DNA of 64,000 bases from Gracilinanus agilis (Eukaryota). Where the stretch lies: positions 172,855,964 to 172,919,963 of the forward strand of contig NC_058133.1 of the NCBI RefSeq assembly GCF_016433145.1, read 5' to 3'. Below are positions 63,170 through 64,000 of the stretch, in pieces. The notes under the pieces are model-generated. The model did not search any database and was not told the DNA's origin. It saw nothing but the letters and a program-made list of their open reading frames with translations. A program made the position numbers and the translations under genes. Each line of letters starts with the position of its first letter. Within the stretch, counting starts at the first letter, position 1.

Positions 63170-64000
63170 ACTATGTAAAACACTTTTCACACAAATAAAG
63201 TCAGATCTAAATAACTGGAGAAACATTAATTGTAGGATGGGCAGAGCCAAATAATTAAAATGACAATTCTATCTAAGCCAATCTACTTATTCAATGCCAA
63301 CCCAATTAAACTACTAAAACATTATTTTACTGAGTTAGAAAAAATAAAAAAATTCACCTAGAAGAATAAAAGATCAAAAATATCAAAAGAATTAATGAAA
63401 AAAGCACAAAGGAAGGATATCTAGCAGTCCCAGATTTAAAACTTTATTATAAAGCAGTAATTACCAGAAACATCTGCTACTGGCTAAGAAATAGATAGGT
63501 CATTGGAACAGAACAGATATACAACAAACAACAGTAAAAGATTATAGTAATTTTGTATTTGACAAAATCATAGATCCAGGTTTTAGAGATAAAAAATCAC
63601 TATTTGGTAAAGATTGCTGGGACAACTGGAAGCTAGTTTGGCAGAAAGTAGGTATAGACTCTATCTTACACCATTCACTAAGATAAGATTAAAATGGATA
63701 CATGATCTAGACATAAAAGGAGATTCCATAAGTAAATTAGAACAGAGAACTTACTAACCTATCAGATTTATGGCTAGGAGAGGAATTTATGAATAACAAG
63801 AGAAGGAGAACATTGTGAAATGTAAAATAGATCATTTTGAGTACATTAAATTAAAAAGATTTGGGACAAATAAAACAAACGCTGCCAAGATTAGAAAGAA
63901 TGTAGAATAGTGGTTAATTGTTTTTATATGTAGCCTCTCTGAGAAGAGGTCTCATATCTAAAATATATAGAGGCGTGTCAAATGTATAAGAATAAGAGCC
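63170..64000 (+). mobile_element. L1 ORF2 fragment (USP32 intron, runs off the window)
   Basis: cacacaaataaagtcagatctaaataactggagaaac...gcagtcccagatttaaaactttattataaagcagtaatt. Confidence 0.85.

Overview
Eukaryotic (mammalian) genomic DNA. The dense SINE1_Mdo-like and MAR1-like SINEs point to a didelphid marsupial, probably Monodelphis (inference). Two genes face each other tail-to-tail, matching the known CA4/USP32 arrangement. (1) On the + strand is a GPI-anchored carbonic anhydrase 4-like gene; coding exons 2-8 lie at 5428-13048, all with GT-AG boundaries and consistent phases, and the signal-peptide exon 1 was not found. (2) On the - strand are the last four coding exons and the 3' UTR of USP32 (63026 to about 58245). 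The roughly 45 kb between them is mostly transposon relics: L1, L2, CR1/L3, RTE, SINEs, solo LTRs, hAT MITEs and a 7SL retrocopy. The standout observation is an in-frame, near-perfect 18-bp coding tandem repeat in the last CA4 exon. It inserts 39 aa (NST-(NSTISS)x5-NSTSSS) carrying seven N-glycosylation sequons into a surface loop of an enzyme whose catalytic residues are otherwise intact, apart from an unusual Gly at the Gln92 position. There are three N-gaps plus a single N; most ORF-track entries are spurious. TE family names are from recalled consensus sequences and TE boundaries are approximate unless a TSD is cited.
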